Assembly: GCA_963722795.1 (NCBI GenBank)
Contig: CAVROD010000004.1
Span: 267,768 to 331,767, forward strand
DNA length: 64,000 bases
From: an uncultured Actinomycetes bacterium
Lineage (GTDB): Bacteria; Actinomycetota; UBA4738; HRBIN12
Reading direction: 5' to 3'
The stretch's first letter is position 1. Every line of letters starts with the position of its first letter. Shown piece by piece: positions 27,429-35,887 of the stretch. The translations under genes and the position numbers were made by a program. The notes under the pieces are model-generated. The model was not told the DNA's origin and did no database searches. It saw only the letters and a list, made by a program, of their open reading frames with translations.

Positions 27429-28274
27429 TCAGGGTTCGTAGCCGTAGGCCCGCAACCGCTCGTCATTCACTCGGGCGCTGAAGCGCTCGGTGAGCTCATC
27501 GTCGAACCGCTCGCGCCAGCCGCCGATCGCTCCCTTGCGGAAGGTCGGGCTGGCGTCAGAGAAGAGCTCTCCGCAGACCCGCTCGACGAGCGCGGTGTCG
27601 ACGTCGAGTCCCAGGTGACGGAAGATGCGCTCGACCGCGTCGCGCTGACGAGCGGCGTCGCCGCCGCCGTTCGGTCCGATCAGGTCCTCGAAACGGACCG
27701 TCTCGGCCGGGCCGCGGAGCCAGCCGACGTACCGCTCGAGCCGGTCCCCGATCGACGGGAGGCCGGTGGCAGGGTCGCCCTCGATCGCCACGAGCACCCG
27801 GCCTCGCAGGTCGGTCTGGCCGGCGAAGGCTTGGTGGAACGGGTGATCGGGCTTCTGCACCGCGTAATGCGCCTGTGAGAGCACGATGTCGCGTGGGTCG
27901 CGCGTGAGGAACAGCGCTCGCACCCCGCCGGCCTCGATCACCGCCGGATAGTCGGGCTCGAAGGGCAGGTGCGCCACGACGACCTGGCCGGGAGCGAGGG
28001 TGTCGAGCAGCCCCGAGAGTCCCCGCCATCGCTCGAGCGCCTCGGGCCAGACGGTGGCGAGCATCTTGCGATGCAGCCGCGGATGCAGGCACACAGCACG
28101 CTCGAGCAGATGCGTGCCGGCCTTCGGGAGCGAGATCGACAGGACCCGCGGCGCCCCGCGATCGGTGAGCCGGTGGGCGAGCCTGGACGGGGTGAGGCCG
28201 AACCGCTGCAGTGTCCAGGTGTTCAGTGGCAGACTCGCCGCGCGCGCTCGGATCGAGGAGCCGAAGCCGCTCAC
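27429..28274 (-). CDS. sulfotransferase domain protein (PKxGT type)
   Basis: GTG start overlaps the upstream stop (GTGA at 28271-28274). 5'-PSB-like SLPKAGTHLL. LFLTRDPRDIVLSQ (3'-PB region). C-terminal FRKGAIGGWRERF. Confidence 0.8.
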   Translation of the reverse strand: MSGFGSSIRARAASLPLNTWTLQRFGLTPSRLAHRLTDRGAPRVLSISLPKAGTHLLERAVCLHPRLHRKMLATVWPEALERWRGLSGLLDTLAPGQVVVAHLPFEPDYPAVIEAGGVRALFLTRDPRDIVLSQAHYAVQKPDHPFHQAFAGQTDLRGRVLVAIEGDPATGLPSIGDRLERYVGWLRGPAETVRFEDLIGPNGGGDAARQRDAVERIFRHLGLDVDTALVERVCGELFSDASPTFRKGAIGGWRERFDDELTERFSARVNDERLRAYGYEP

Positions 28275-29203
28275 GAGGTGGCCTTCCACCGATAGCCGTA
28301 GCGACCCAGCCAGGGGGCCGTCAGGGTGGACGCGATGAGCTGCGTGCTGCGGGGCGCCCGGCGCCAGGCGTCGTCGAGTCGGATCTCGACGTCGCCCTCG
28401 GAGAAGCGGCTGCGGTTGCCCGAGACGGCGTGGCTGACGGCGAGCCGCACGGTGCGATCGTCGACGAAAGGCAGTCGGTCGGACGGAGCGCCCACGAACC
28501 GACAGATGGCTTCGACGACCTGTTTCGGGTGCTCGGCGAAGTCCTCGTAGCGCAGCAGCATGGTGCGGGCGGCCGGCAACCGGCGCCGCACGGAGTCGCC
28601 GAGCACGTTGGTCGAGACCCAACGTCCCGACGTGCGCACCGGCCCGGGCGAATACTCTCGCGGACCATGCGCATCCTCGCCCGCCGGCCGCCCGCGTTCC
28701 CAGGAGAACGCGACGCCGCGGGGGTCGCGCACGAGGTGCAGGATCGAAAGGTCGATCTCGTCGAGTCGTTCCAAGATCGCGGCGGCCGCGGGGGTCTTCG
28801 ACGAATCGACGATCACGTCGGCGCCGGAAGCCCGTCGGACCTCGGGGTAGAGACGACGAAGCAGGTCGACGTAGCGGTCGAGGTCGGCTCGTCCGGTCAC
28901 CGGCCATCGGTCGGTGCGCAGTAGCCGCGGGGTGTGGAGCATGCGCGCCTGAGCGAGCTGCCACCGGTACACCTCGTTCGGGTCGTCGGGGCTGCCGACC
29001 TCGGTCAGCACGGCCGACCAGAAGGGGCACGACGCGATCTCCTGGCCGCATCCGCACCGGAACCCACGCGCCATGCCGCGCCACAGCATGTGGATCTCGC
29101 CGGCTGCGAAGAACCCCGGGGCGCTGCCGAGCACGTTCTCGAGGATCGTCGATCCGCACCGTGTGGTGCCCAGGATGAAGAGCACCTTCACTCGATCGCT
29201 CAT
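28271..29203 (-). CDS. sulfotransferase family protein (RSGST-type P-loop with CGCG-x7-C motif), paralogue A
   Basis: Starts MSDRVKVLFILGTTRCGSTILENVLG. FRCGCGQEIASCPFW. HLVRDPRGVAFS. Ends PWLGRYGY. Confidence 0.8.
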   Translation of the reverse strand: MSDRVKVLFILGTTRCGSTILENVLGSAPGFFAAGEIHMLWRGMARGFRCGCGQEIASCPFWSAVLTEVGSPDDPNEVYRWQLAQARMLHTPRLLRTDRWPVTGRADLDRYVDLLRRLYPEVRRASGADVIVDSSKTPAAAAILERLDEIDLSILHLVRDPRGVAFSWERGRPAGEDAHGPREYSPGPVRTSGRWVSTNVLGDSVRRRLPAARTMLLRYEDFAEHPKQVVEAICRFVGAPSDRLPFVDDRTVRLAVSHAVSGNRSRFSEGDVEIRLDDAWRRAPRSTQLIASTLTAPWLGRYGYRWKATS

Positions 29204-29331
29204 GTCGACGTCGAACTCCCGGTTCTCGTGGGGGGCAGGCGAGCGGTCGGGCGACACGCGTCCGGATCCGCCGGGTACCGACGATAGCATCGGCACGGAC
29301 GCCCACGTCCTGACCTCGTAGCATCGGCGAC

Positions 29332-30309
29332 ATGGTGGGACGCCCCGAGGGACACGCCGAGCCATATCCCTCGCGGGTCAAGGTCGTCGCGATCGTCGGC
29401 TACACGCGAAGTGGCAGCACGCTGCTCGACTCGATCCTCGGCCAGATCCCAGGCTTCTTCTCCACCGGAGAGCTGCACTACATCTGGGAACGCGGGCTGA
29501 TCGATCGGAGGCGATGTGGGTGCGGGGTGCCGATCCCCGAGTGCGAGGTCTGGTCGGACGTGCTCGAGCGGGCGTTCGATGACTCGCCTCCGGATCCTCG
29601 CCAGGTGATGCGGTGGCAGGACGGGGCGGTGCGTACCCGGCACACCTGGGGTCTGCTCAAAGGCGGCGTGCGCCCGGTGGACCGAGCCGCCCTCGAGGCG
29701 TACCTGGCGGTTGCCGGCCCCCTCTACGGTGCGATCGCCGGTTCCACGGGGGCGCGCGTGATCGTGGACTCGTCCAAGCGTGCCTCCGATGGCGCCGTGC
29801 TTCGCCTGCTGGACGAGATCGATCCCTACGTGGTGCACCTCGTCCGCGATCCCCGGGCGGTGATCCACTCCTGGCGTCGTCGGAAGGTCGAGCTCGACAG
29901 CGACCAGCCGAGCGAGATGCCCCGTCAGGGCCGGGCCCGCACCGCGGCAGAATGGTCGCAGTCCAACATCGCAGCCGACGCGCTGCGCAAGCGGATGGGT
30001 CCGGGTCGGTCGATGCTGCTGCGGTACGAAGATCTGATGCGCGCTCCGAGGACCGCGGTGGAGGCGATCGCCCGCATGGTCGGCGAGGGCGACGCCGCGC
30101 TCCCGTTCGACGACGAGCACAGCGTGCGGCTCGGACCCAATCACACCGTGGGCGGGAATCCCGCCAGGTTCTCGGCCGGAGCGACCGAGTTGCGCGCCGA
30201 CGACGAGTGGCAGCGGCGGATGCCTGCCGCGGCGCGCATCGGGGCCACCGCCCTCACCGCGCCGCTGCTCCCACGCTACGGCTATCCCGTGATCGGGGCG
30301 GGCCGATGA
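29332..30309 (+). CDS. sulfotransferase family protein (RSGST-type with CGCG-x7-C motif), paralogue B
   Basis: VKVVAIVGYTRSGSTLLDSILG. RRCGCGVPIPECEVW. HLVRDPRAVIHS. PLLPRYGY. Divergent from paralogue A across a 128-bp gap. Confidence 0.8.
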   Translation: MVGRPEGHAEPYPSRVKVVAIVGYTRSGSTLLDSILGQIPGFFSTGELHYIWERGLIDRRRCGCGVPIPECEVWSDVLERAFDDSPPDPRQVMRWQDGAVRTRHTWGLLKGGVRPVDRAALEAYLAVAGPLYGAIAGSTGARVIVDSSKRASDGAVLRLLDEIDPYVVHLVRDPRAVIHSWRRRKVELDSDQPSEMPRQGRARTAAEWSQSNIAADALRKRMGPGRSMLLRYEDLMRAPRTAVEAIARMVGEGDAALPFDDEHSVRLGPNHTVGGNPARFSAGATELRADDEWQRRMPAAARIGATALTAPLLPRYGYPVIGAGR

Positions 30310-31157
30310 GCCTGCCTGCGACGCTGCGGCGGGCGAGATTCCGCAGCCGCCTGCTACGGGCTCCCGTCGTCGTGATGCGCCATCGCCATCTCGACGCTGC
30401 CGACGCCCTGCTCGTGAGCTATCCGCGGTCGGGCACGACCTGGCTGCGGTTCCTGCTGACGCAGGCGTTGACCGGCGAGGTGGCCGACTTCCATCCCGAC
30501 CGCCAGGCGGTGCGCTATGTGGGCGATCATCGTGGCGCACCGCGCATCGTGCCCGGTCCGGGGCGGCTGATCTACTCGCACGAACGCAGGTCCGCGGGCG
30601 ATCGCACGGTGCTGTACATCGCGCGTGACCCGCGCGCGGTCGCGATCTCGGAGTGGCGCTGGCTGCAGCGGCGAGGGCTTGCCGATCGGGACTTCGATTC
30701 GTTCCTCGGGCGGTTCGTCCGCGGCCGGTCGAACCCATGGGGACGATGGGACGAGCACGTGCGGTGGTGGCTCGACACGTCCGAGCCCGCACGGTCCGGG
30801 CGGGTGCGTTTCACGCGCTTCGAGGACCTCCGCTCGCAGACGTCGGCGACCCTCGCCGAGCTGGTCACCTTCCTGGGCGCCGACGCGACCCCCGGTCGGA
30901 TCGAGGGCGCCGTTCGTGACAACTCTCTGGAACGCATGCAGGAGAAGGAATCCGACGCACCGGACCGCGCCTTCGCGAAGGGCGTTCGACGCGACGTCAA
31001 GTTCGTGCGGACCGGCTCGGTCGGGGGGTGGCGTGAGGCGCTGTCGGCGGAGCAGCAACACCACATCGGCGACGCGTTCGGTCCCGTGATGCAGCGGCTC
31101 GGTTATGACCCCGCGCCCACGGTCTCCGAGGCCGGCGGCTCCGAACGCAGCGGGTAG
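30306..31157 (+). CDS. sulfotransferase domain protein (Sulfotransfer_1-like)
   Basis: ATGA overlap with the upstream gene. LVSYPRSGTTWLRFLL (PAPS 5'-phosphate loop). YIARDPRAVAISEW. RTGSVGGWREAL. Confidence 0.85.
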   Translation: MSLPATLRRARFRSRLLRAPVVVMRHRHLDAADALLVSYPRSGTTWLRFLLTQALTGEVADFHPDRQAVRYVGDHRGAPRIVPGPGRLIYSHERRSAGDRTVLYIARDPRAVAISEWRWLQRRGLADRDFDSFLGRFVRGRSNPWGRWDEHVRWWLDTSEPARSGRVRFTRFEDLRSQTSATLAELVTFLGADATPGRIEGAVRDNSLERMQEKESDAPDRAFAKGVRRDVKFVRTGSVGGWREALSAEQQHHIGDAFGPVMQRLGYDPAPTVSEAGGSERSG

Positions 31158-32077
31158 CCGTATCGGTGGAGCCACGGTGAGCACATCGCGGTCACGAGAC
31201 GCCGTTGTCCCGCGCGCGACGCCGTGCGCCACGCCTCGTCGGAGCGGATCGCGACCGAGCCGGTCGCGAACCTGCTGCGGTTGCCCCACACGTTGTGGTT
31301 CGCGCCCAGCTCGACGACGCCGGGCCCGGTGAACGGAGACGGGTGTGGTTCACCGCCGTCGAGGCCGAGGATGGTCTCCGCCGTCTCGCGCGGTTCGGAG
31401 GCGAACCGCTCGTAGGGCACCAGGGTCCACTCGCTGCCATAGCGCCGCCGGACCCGCTCGGTGAGCAGGTTCACGCTGACCCACCGCAGGGAGCTCTCGA
31501 TGGTGCCGCGGCGGTGCATGGTCTCGCCGCCACGGTGGACGTCGAGCGTCGGCTTCTCCCGGCCCTGGGAGTAGGCGACCGCTCGCGGGTCGCGCACCAG
31601 GTGCACGAGCCGGGCGTGCAGACCGTCGAGCCCGGGAAGCAGCGCAGCATCGGCCGGCGTCTTCGAGGAGTCCACGATCGTGCGCGCGCCGGTCACACGG
31701 GCGATCGATGCATACAGCTGCGTGAGCAACTCGCGGTAGCGGTCGAGGTCGGGCCTGCCGGTGGGGCCGGTCAGGGGGAGGCCGAGCGATCGGCGGGTAT
31801 GGGCCACACGAGCCTCCCCGAGTTGCCACCGACGAACGGTGTGTGGATCGCCGTCCCAGACGCTCGTGGCCCGGAGCTCCTCGAGAACGCGGGACCAGAC
31901 CGGACAGGCGGCCACGGTCTTCCCGCAGCCACATCCGGTCTCGCGGACCAGCGCCTGCCAGAGCAGATGGAGCTCGCCGGTGGAGAACACGCCGTCGTAG
32001 GCGCCCAGCACGTTGCCGAGCAGCGTCGATCCCGACCGGCCGAACCCGGCGATGTAGATCACCTCGACGGTGCTCAT
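31103..32077 (-). CDS. sulfotransferase family protein (RSGST-type with CGCG-x7-C motif), paralogue C
   Basis: MSTVEVIYIAGFGRSGSTLLGNVLG. TGCGCGKTVAACPVW. HLVRDPRAVAYS. PWLHRYGY. The start overlaps the GT4 stop (ATGA). Confidence 0.8.
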   Translation of the reverse strand: MSTVEVIYIAGFGRSGSTLLGNVLGAYDGVFSTGELHLLWQALVRETGCGCGKTVAACPVWSRVLEELRATSVWDGDPHTVRRWQLGEARVAHTRRSLGLPLTGPTGRPDLDRYRELLTQLYASIARVTGARTIVDSSKTPADAALLPGLDGLHARLVHLVRDPRAVAYSQGREKPTLDVHRGGETMHRRGTIESSLRWVSVNLLTERVRRRYGSEWTLVPYERFASEPRETAETILGLDGGEPHPSPFTGPGVVELGANHNVWGNRSRFATGSVAIRSDEAWRTASRAGQRRLVTAMCSPWLHRYGYPLRSEPPASETVGAGS

Positions 32078-33225
32078 GGACGCGTCCGCTCGCGCCGGGT
32101 CTCTGCTGCCACGCGATACGTCATCTCGAGCCCGGCCAGGCTCTGGGCAGGGTCGTGCACCTCGACCCAGCGTCGGTGGGCGGCCTCGCCCATGCGAACG
32201 GCGACCTCATCGGCGGCCATCCTGCGGGCGCCCTCGATCCACGCGCTCGCGTCGGAGGGCGGGACCAGGAAGCCGGTCTCACCGTCGACGACGATCTCGG
32301 GCAGGGCACCGATCTCGCTCGCCAACACCGGCACCCCTGCGGCGTAGGCCTCGATGATGGCCCGGGGTGCGCCCTCGTACCAGGTCGACGGCACGACCAG
32401 CGCGCGCGCCCCCCGCAGCAGATCGGGCACATCGGATGCCGGCACGCTGCCCCGGAACTCGACCTGGCCCGAGGCCTGCGCCCGGAGGGCTTCCTCCTCG
32501 GGCCCCTCTCCGACGATGAGCAGGGGCACGGGGACCTGTTCCCAGGCGCGCACGAACGGCGCCAGTCCCTTCTCGGGAGCCAGGCGTCCGAGGTAGAGGA
32601 AGTAGCCGCCCGGACCCTGCCTGCGCTCGGTCGGCCACGAGAAGTTCGTCTGCACGACCATGCGATCGGCAGGCAGCCCCGCGTGCTCGTGCTTTCGGCG
32701 CATGAAGTCGCTGAGCGCGATGAACGTGTCGACCCCCGCCCAGCTGTCGATGCCCCGGTGCAACGTGATCGACGACGCGAGCGTGGCACTGGCTGCCTTC
32801 GAGTCCCGATAACAGCCGTGCACGACCCCGGGCCAGGGCACGCGCCCGACGCAGTCCTCGCAGATGCGTCCGTCGCGGAACAGCGTGCCCGACAGGCACA
32901 TGTATCGGAAGTTGTGCAGGGTCACCACCACGGGCACGTCGTCATTCATCCGCAGCACCGCCGGTGAGAGCATCGGGAAGAGGTTGTGCACGTGCACCAC
33001 GTCTGGTCGGGTCTCGGCGACGAGGCGGCGGACGGTGTTCGCGGCCCTGCGGGACCAGATCGTGCCGAGCCCCGCCTGCACCATCGAGACCTCCTCGGCA
33101 GATGGCGCATACACGACGACCTCGTGGCCCGCCTCTCGCAGCAGCCGAGCCTGGTCCTCGACCACGCGGTTCTCGCCCGACACCGGTCCGGACAGATAGC
33201 GGGAGTGCAAGATCGCGACGCGCAC
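32074..33225 (-). CDS. family 4 glycosyltransferase
   Basis: Starts VRVAILHSRYL (GTG at 33225 overlapping the flippase stop). EGAPRAIIEAYAAGVPVLASEIGALPEIVVDGETGFLV (E-x7-E region). The upstream part of the 738-aa ORF is shadow. Confidence 0.85.
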   Translation of the reverse strand: MRVAILHSRYLSGPVSGENRVVEDQARLLREAGHEVVVYAPSAEEVSMVQAGLGTIWSRRAANTVRRLVAETRPDVVHVHNLFPMLSPAVLRMNDDVPVVVTLHNFRYMCLSGTLFRDGRICEDCVGRVPWPGVVHGCYRDSKAASATLASSITLHRGIDSWAGVDTFIALSDFMRRKHEHAGLPADRMVVQTNFSWPTERRQGPGGYFLYLGRLAPEKGLAPFVRAWEQVPVPLLIVGEGPEEEALRAQASGQVEFRGSVPASDVPDLLRGARALVVPSTWYEGAPRAIIEAYAAGVPVLASEIGALPEIVVDGETGFLVPPSDASAWIEGARRMAADEVAVRMGEAAHRRWVEVHDPAQSLAGLEMTYRVAAETRRERTRP

Positions 33226-34517
33226 TAGGCCAGCCCCTCGTTGGTGACGATCTCGGCGGGGGCCTCCACGGGGACCTCGGCGGCGCCTCGGAGCTCGGGC
33301 CGACCGCGCGAGGCCGCGCGGAGTTGCCACCACCAGAACGGCACGCTCAACAGGTTCGCCGTCGCGATGCCCCATGCGCCGCCCACCGCACCGTCGAGCC
33401 AGAGGCCGGCCGTGCCTGCCGCCACCGTGAGCACCGAGTTGGCCAGCCGAGCTCGAAGACTGCGCTTGGCCTCCTGCATCGCCCGCAGCGTCACCGTCGG
33501 ACCGACCCACAACCCCCATGCGACGGCCGCGATCCCCAGCGGCACGATCACCGGCTGCGCGTTCGTCCACGACTCGCCGAGCAGCAGTGGCCCGATCTGT
33601 TCTTCGAACGCGACCAGCACGATCGTGTACAGGGCCCCGATCGCACCCAGGCCGAGTGAGAGCAGGCCGGCGACCGTGATCAGCTTGGTCGGCCGGTGGC
33701 GCAACGTGCGGACCTGTTCGGGGATGGCCACGATCCAGATGCCCTGGAAGGCCACGTTCAACGGCCCCAGGAGCACCTGGCCGGCGCGCAGCGCCCCGGC
33801 CGCCACCAGGCCGCCTATCGCCCCAGCCGCATACATCACGAACTGGTTCGAGCCGGAGTTGGCCGCGAACTCGCCGAGCTGGCGGCCGCCGAGATCCCAG
33901 TGGGCCCTGACCCAGGCGACGCCGTGCATCGGGCGGGGCCACACGCGCGCCTGGAGGATGCCGGCGAGCCCGGCGGCACCACCCGCGAGGCCCCATCCGA
34001 GCACGAATGGCTCTGCAGATGTGGTGCCTGACGACACCGGGATCATGAGGGCAGGGATCATGAACAGCGCCCACAGGAAGTCGTTCAGGAAGGCCGCCCA
34101 CGTGGTTCCCCGCGCGAGGAACGCGTGACGCCACGAGTCCTGGAGCAGGAGGAGCGGCAGCGTCACGGCGAGCGCGAGCAGCGGTCCCCGCGTCCCCGGG
34201 AGGATCGCGGCCGCGGCCGCGCAGACGACGCCCCCGGCCACGCCTGTGATCAGCGCGGTACCGGTCGCCGATGCGGCTGCGGTGCGCCACGACGGATCCT
34301 CGACGCCGCTGAAGCGCACCAACAGGGGCAGGGTGTTCACCGACCTCGAGATGCCGAGCGCCAAGAGGTACGTTGCGAAGACGAGTGCGAATTCACCGAA
34401 CGCGTCGGGCGTGACCGAGCGGGCCACGATCGCGCTGAGGGCGAAGTTGGTCAGGCTCGAGAACGCCTGGTCCGCGACCCCCCAGACGGCCCGCCCCGAG
34501 ACGCCCCGCGAGCTCAC
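33225..34517 (-). CDS. polysaccharide flippase (Wzx/MOP-superfamily-like)
   Basis: GTGA overlap with the upstream gene at 34514-34517. About 430 aa with 10-12 hydrophobic segments. ADQAFSSLTNFALSAIVARSV...FGEFALVF is a typical polysaccharide-biosynthesis-protein N-terminus. Confidence 0.7.
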   Translation of the reverse strand: MSSRGVSGRAVWGVADQAFSSLTNFALSAIVARSVTPDAFGEFALVFATYLLALGISRSVNTLPLLVRFSGVEDPSWRTAAASATGTALITGVAGGVVCAAAAAILPGTRGPLLALAVTLPLLLLQDSWRHAFLARGTTWAAFLNDFLWALFMIPALMIPVSSGTTSAEPFVLGWGLAGGAAGLAGILQARVWPRPMHGVAWVRAHWDLGGRQLGEFAANSGSNQFVMYAAGAIGGLVAAGALRAGQVLLGPLNVAFQGIWIVAIPEQVRTLRHRPTKLITVAGLLSLGLGAIGALYTIVLVAFEEQIGPLLLGESWTNAQPVIVPLGIAAVAWGLWVGPTVTLRAMQEAKRSLRARLANSVLTVAAGTAGLWLDGAVGGAWGIATANLLSVPFWWWQLRAASRGRPELRGAAEVPVEAPAEIVTNEGLA

Positions 34518-35887
34518 CTGCCGATCAGTGCCCGCGCCGTGGGCGATGTCGGACGGGGCTGGAGCTCGACCCGTGTCTGCCTTCCGCGCTGCAACGCCGG
34601 CGCAGCGGCCATACCGGTGATCACCCACACGGGGATGGCGGCGTACGGGGTCTCGAAGTAGTTCGAGAACGTCGCGATCGTGACCGACGAGGCGAGGAAC
34701 GCGAGTCCGAACGCCTGTCCGGTGAGGCGGAAGGTTCGCCACAACAGGGACCCCAGCGCGAGCAGCAGGAACACGAAGCTCAGCACGCCGAGCCAGCCTC
34801 CGTACCCGAGGGCGTACATGAACCAATTGTGCGGTGTTCGAAGGTCGTCCTCGCTGGATCGCAGATCGGCGGTGCTCGTGAGTTCGAAGCCGTAGCCCGG
34901 ACCGAAGGCGGTCAGCGTCGGCTCGGAGTGGATCGAATCCCAGATGCCGGCCCACCATGTCTTCCGCCACTCGGTCGTGCCGGAGAAGTTCCGCGCGTCT
35001 TCGGAGTAGCGGGCGGCAGCCTGCTCGTCGAAGGGGGCGATCACCGCAGCAGCGATGTTGCGGGCCGAGTACTCGCTCGCGCCCCGAGCGAACTCGATGC
35101 GCAGGTCGAGGATCCATGCGGCCGCGAGCAAGGAAACAGCCACCGCGATCACCGCCAACGTCTGGCCGATCCGTTTGGACAGCACGGCCCAGATCGCGAG
35201 GCCGACCACGAAGCCGGCGTAGGACGCCCTGCTCTGGATGCCGAGCAAGATCACGAGGTTGAGGATGAACGGTACCGCCATCTTGTACCCCTTCGGCCGG
35301 AAGGCCATGAGGGCGAGCAGCAGGGTCGACTGGCCCAGCGGCGAGCGGAAGAGCAGGACGTTGGTGCCGGGCAGCGTCAGCAGCGTCTGGTTCAGGACCG
35401 CGATGTACAGGATGCCGTAGATGCCGTTCACCCATGCGAGACCCAGCATGAAACGCTCGAGCAGGCGCGGGTCCTGCTCCGCGAGCCAGATCCCGAGCAG
35501 GATGTACAGCGGGTAGATGTTGAACACCAGCTCCTGCACCAGGAGACGCCGCGGATAGCCTGCCGCGTCTCCTCGGATCGCCAAGACGAAGCCGTAGGCG
35601 ACCAGGATCAGCATGCTCCACGCCAGGGCACCGAGCGGGCTCGGCTCGGTCAGCGCCACCATCAGGCGATGGCCCGACACCTGCGGCCGGAACACGAAGA
35701 AGGCCGCGAGCATCATCTCGCCCATGAACAGCGGCACGCCGGGTACACCGAGGTAGGCGAACGGGCGTTGGAACACCATGTATCCGCCGACGACCACCAT
35801 CGTCGCGATCGCCCACCTCCGGACGCCGGCGTCGGTGGCGGCCTGCGCGACCCCTCGCGCATGGCTCGCGGCGTCCGCCCTCATCAT
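34514..35887 (-). CDS. O-antigen ligase/polymerase (Wzy_C) family membrane protein
   Basis: ATGA overlap with the GT2 stop at 35884-35887. Polytopic. LVILLGIQSRASYAGFVVGLAIWAVL followed by a long periplasmic loop ending HNWFMYALGYGGWLG, typical of the family. Confidence 0.75.
   Translation of the reverse strand: MMRADAASHARGVAQAATDAGVRRWAIATMVVVGGYMVFQRPFAYLGVPGVPLFMGEMMLAAFFVFRPQVSGHRLMVALTEPSPLGALAWSMLILVAYGFVLAIRGDAAGYPRRLLVQELVFNIYPLYILLGIWLAEQDPRLLERFMLGLAWVNGIYGILYIAVLNQTLLTLPGTNVLLFRSPLGQSTLLLALMAFRPKGYKMAVPFILNLVILLGIQSRASYAGFVVGLAIWAVLSKRIGQTLAVIAVAVSLLAAAWILDLRIEFARGASEYSARNIAAAVIAPFDEQAAARYSEDARNFSGTTEWRKTWWAGIWDSIHSEPTLTAFGPGYGFELTSTADLRSSEDDLRTPHNWFMYALGYGGWLGVLSFVFLLLALGSLLWRTFRLTGQAFGLAFLASSVTIATFSNYFETPYAAIPVWVITGMAAAPALQRGRQTRVELQPRPTSPTARALIGR

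Noticed and set aside
25682-27466. 594-aa minus-strand ORF
   Set aside because: It is antisense to the well-supported malectin/beta-helix gene and has shadow composition.
29200-30792. 530-aa minus-strand ORF, and similarly 62474..63952 (492 aa)
   Set aside because: They are antisense shadows of sulfotransferase genes and of rplK/rplA respectively. The sense-strand products have unambiguous motifs.
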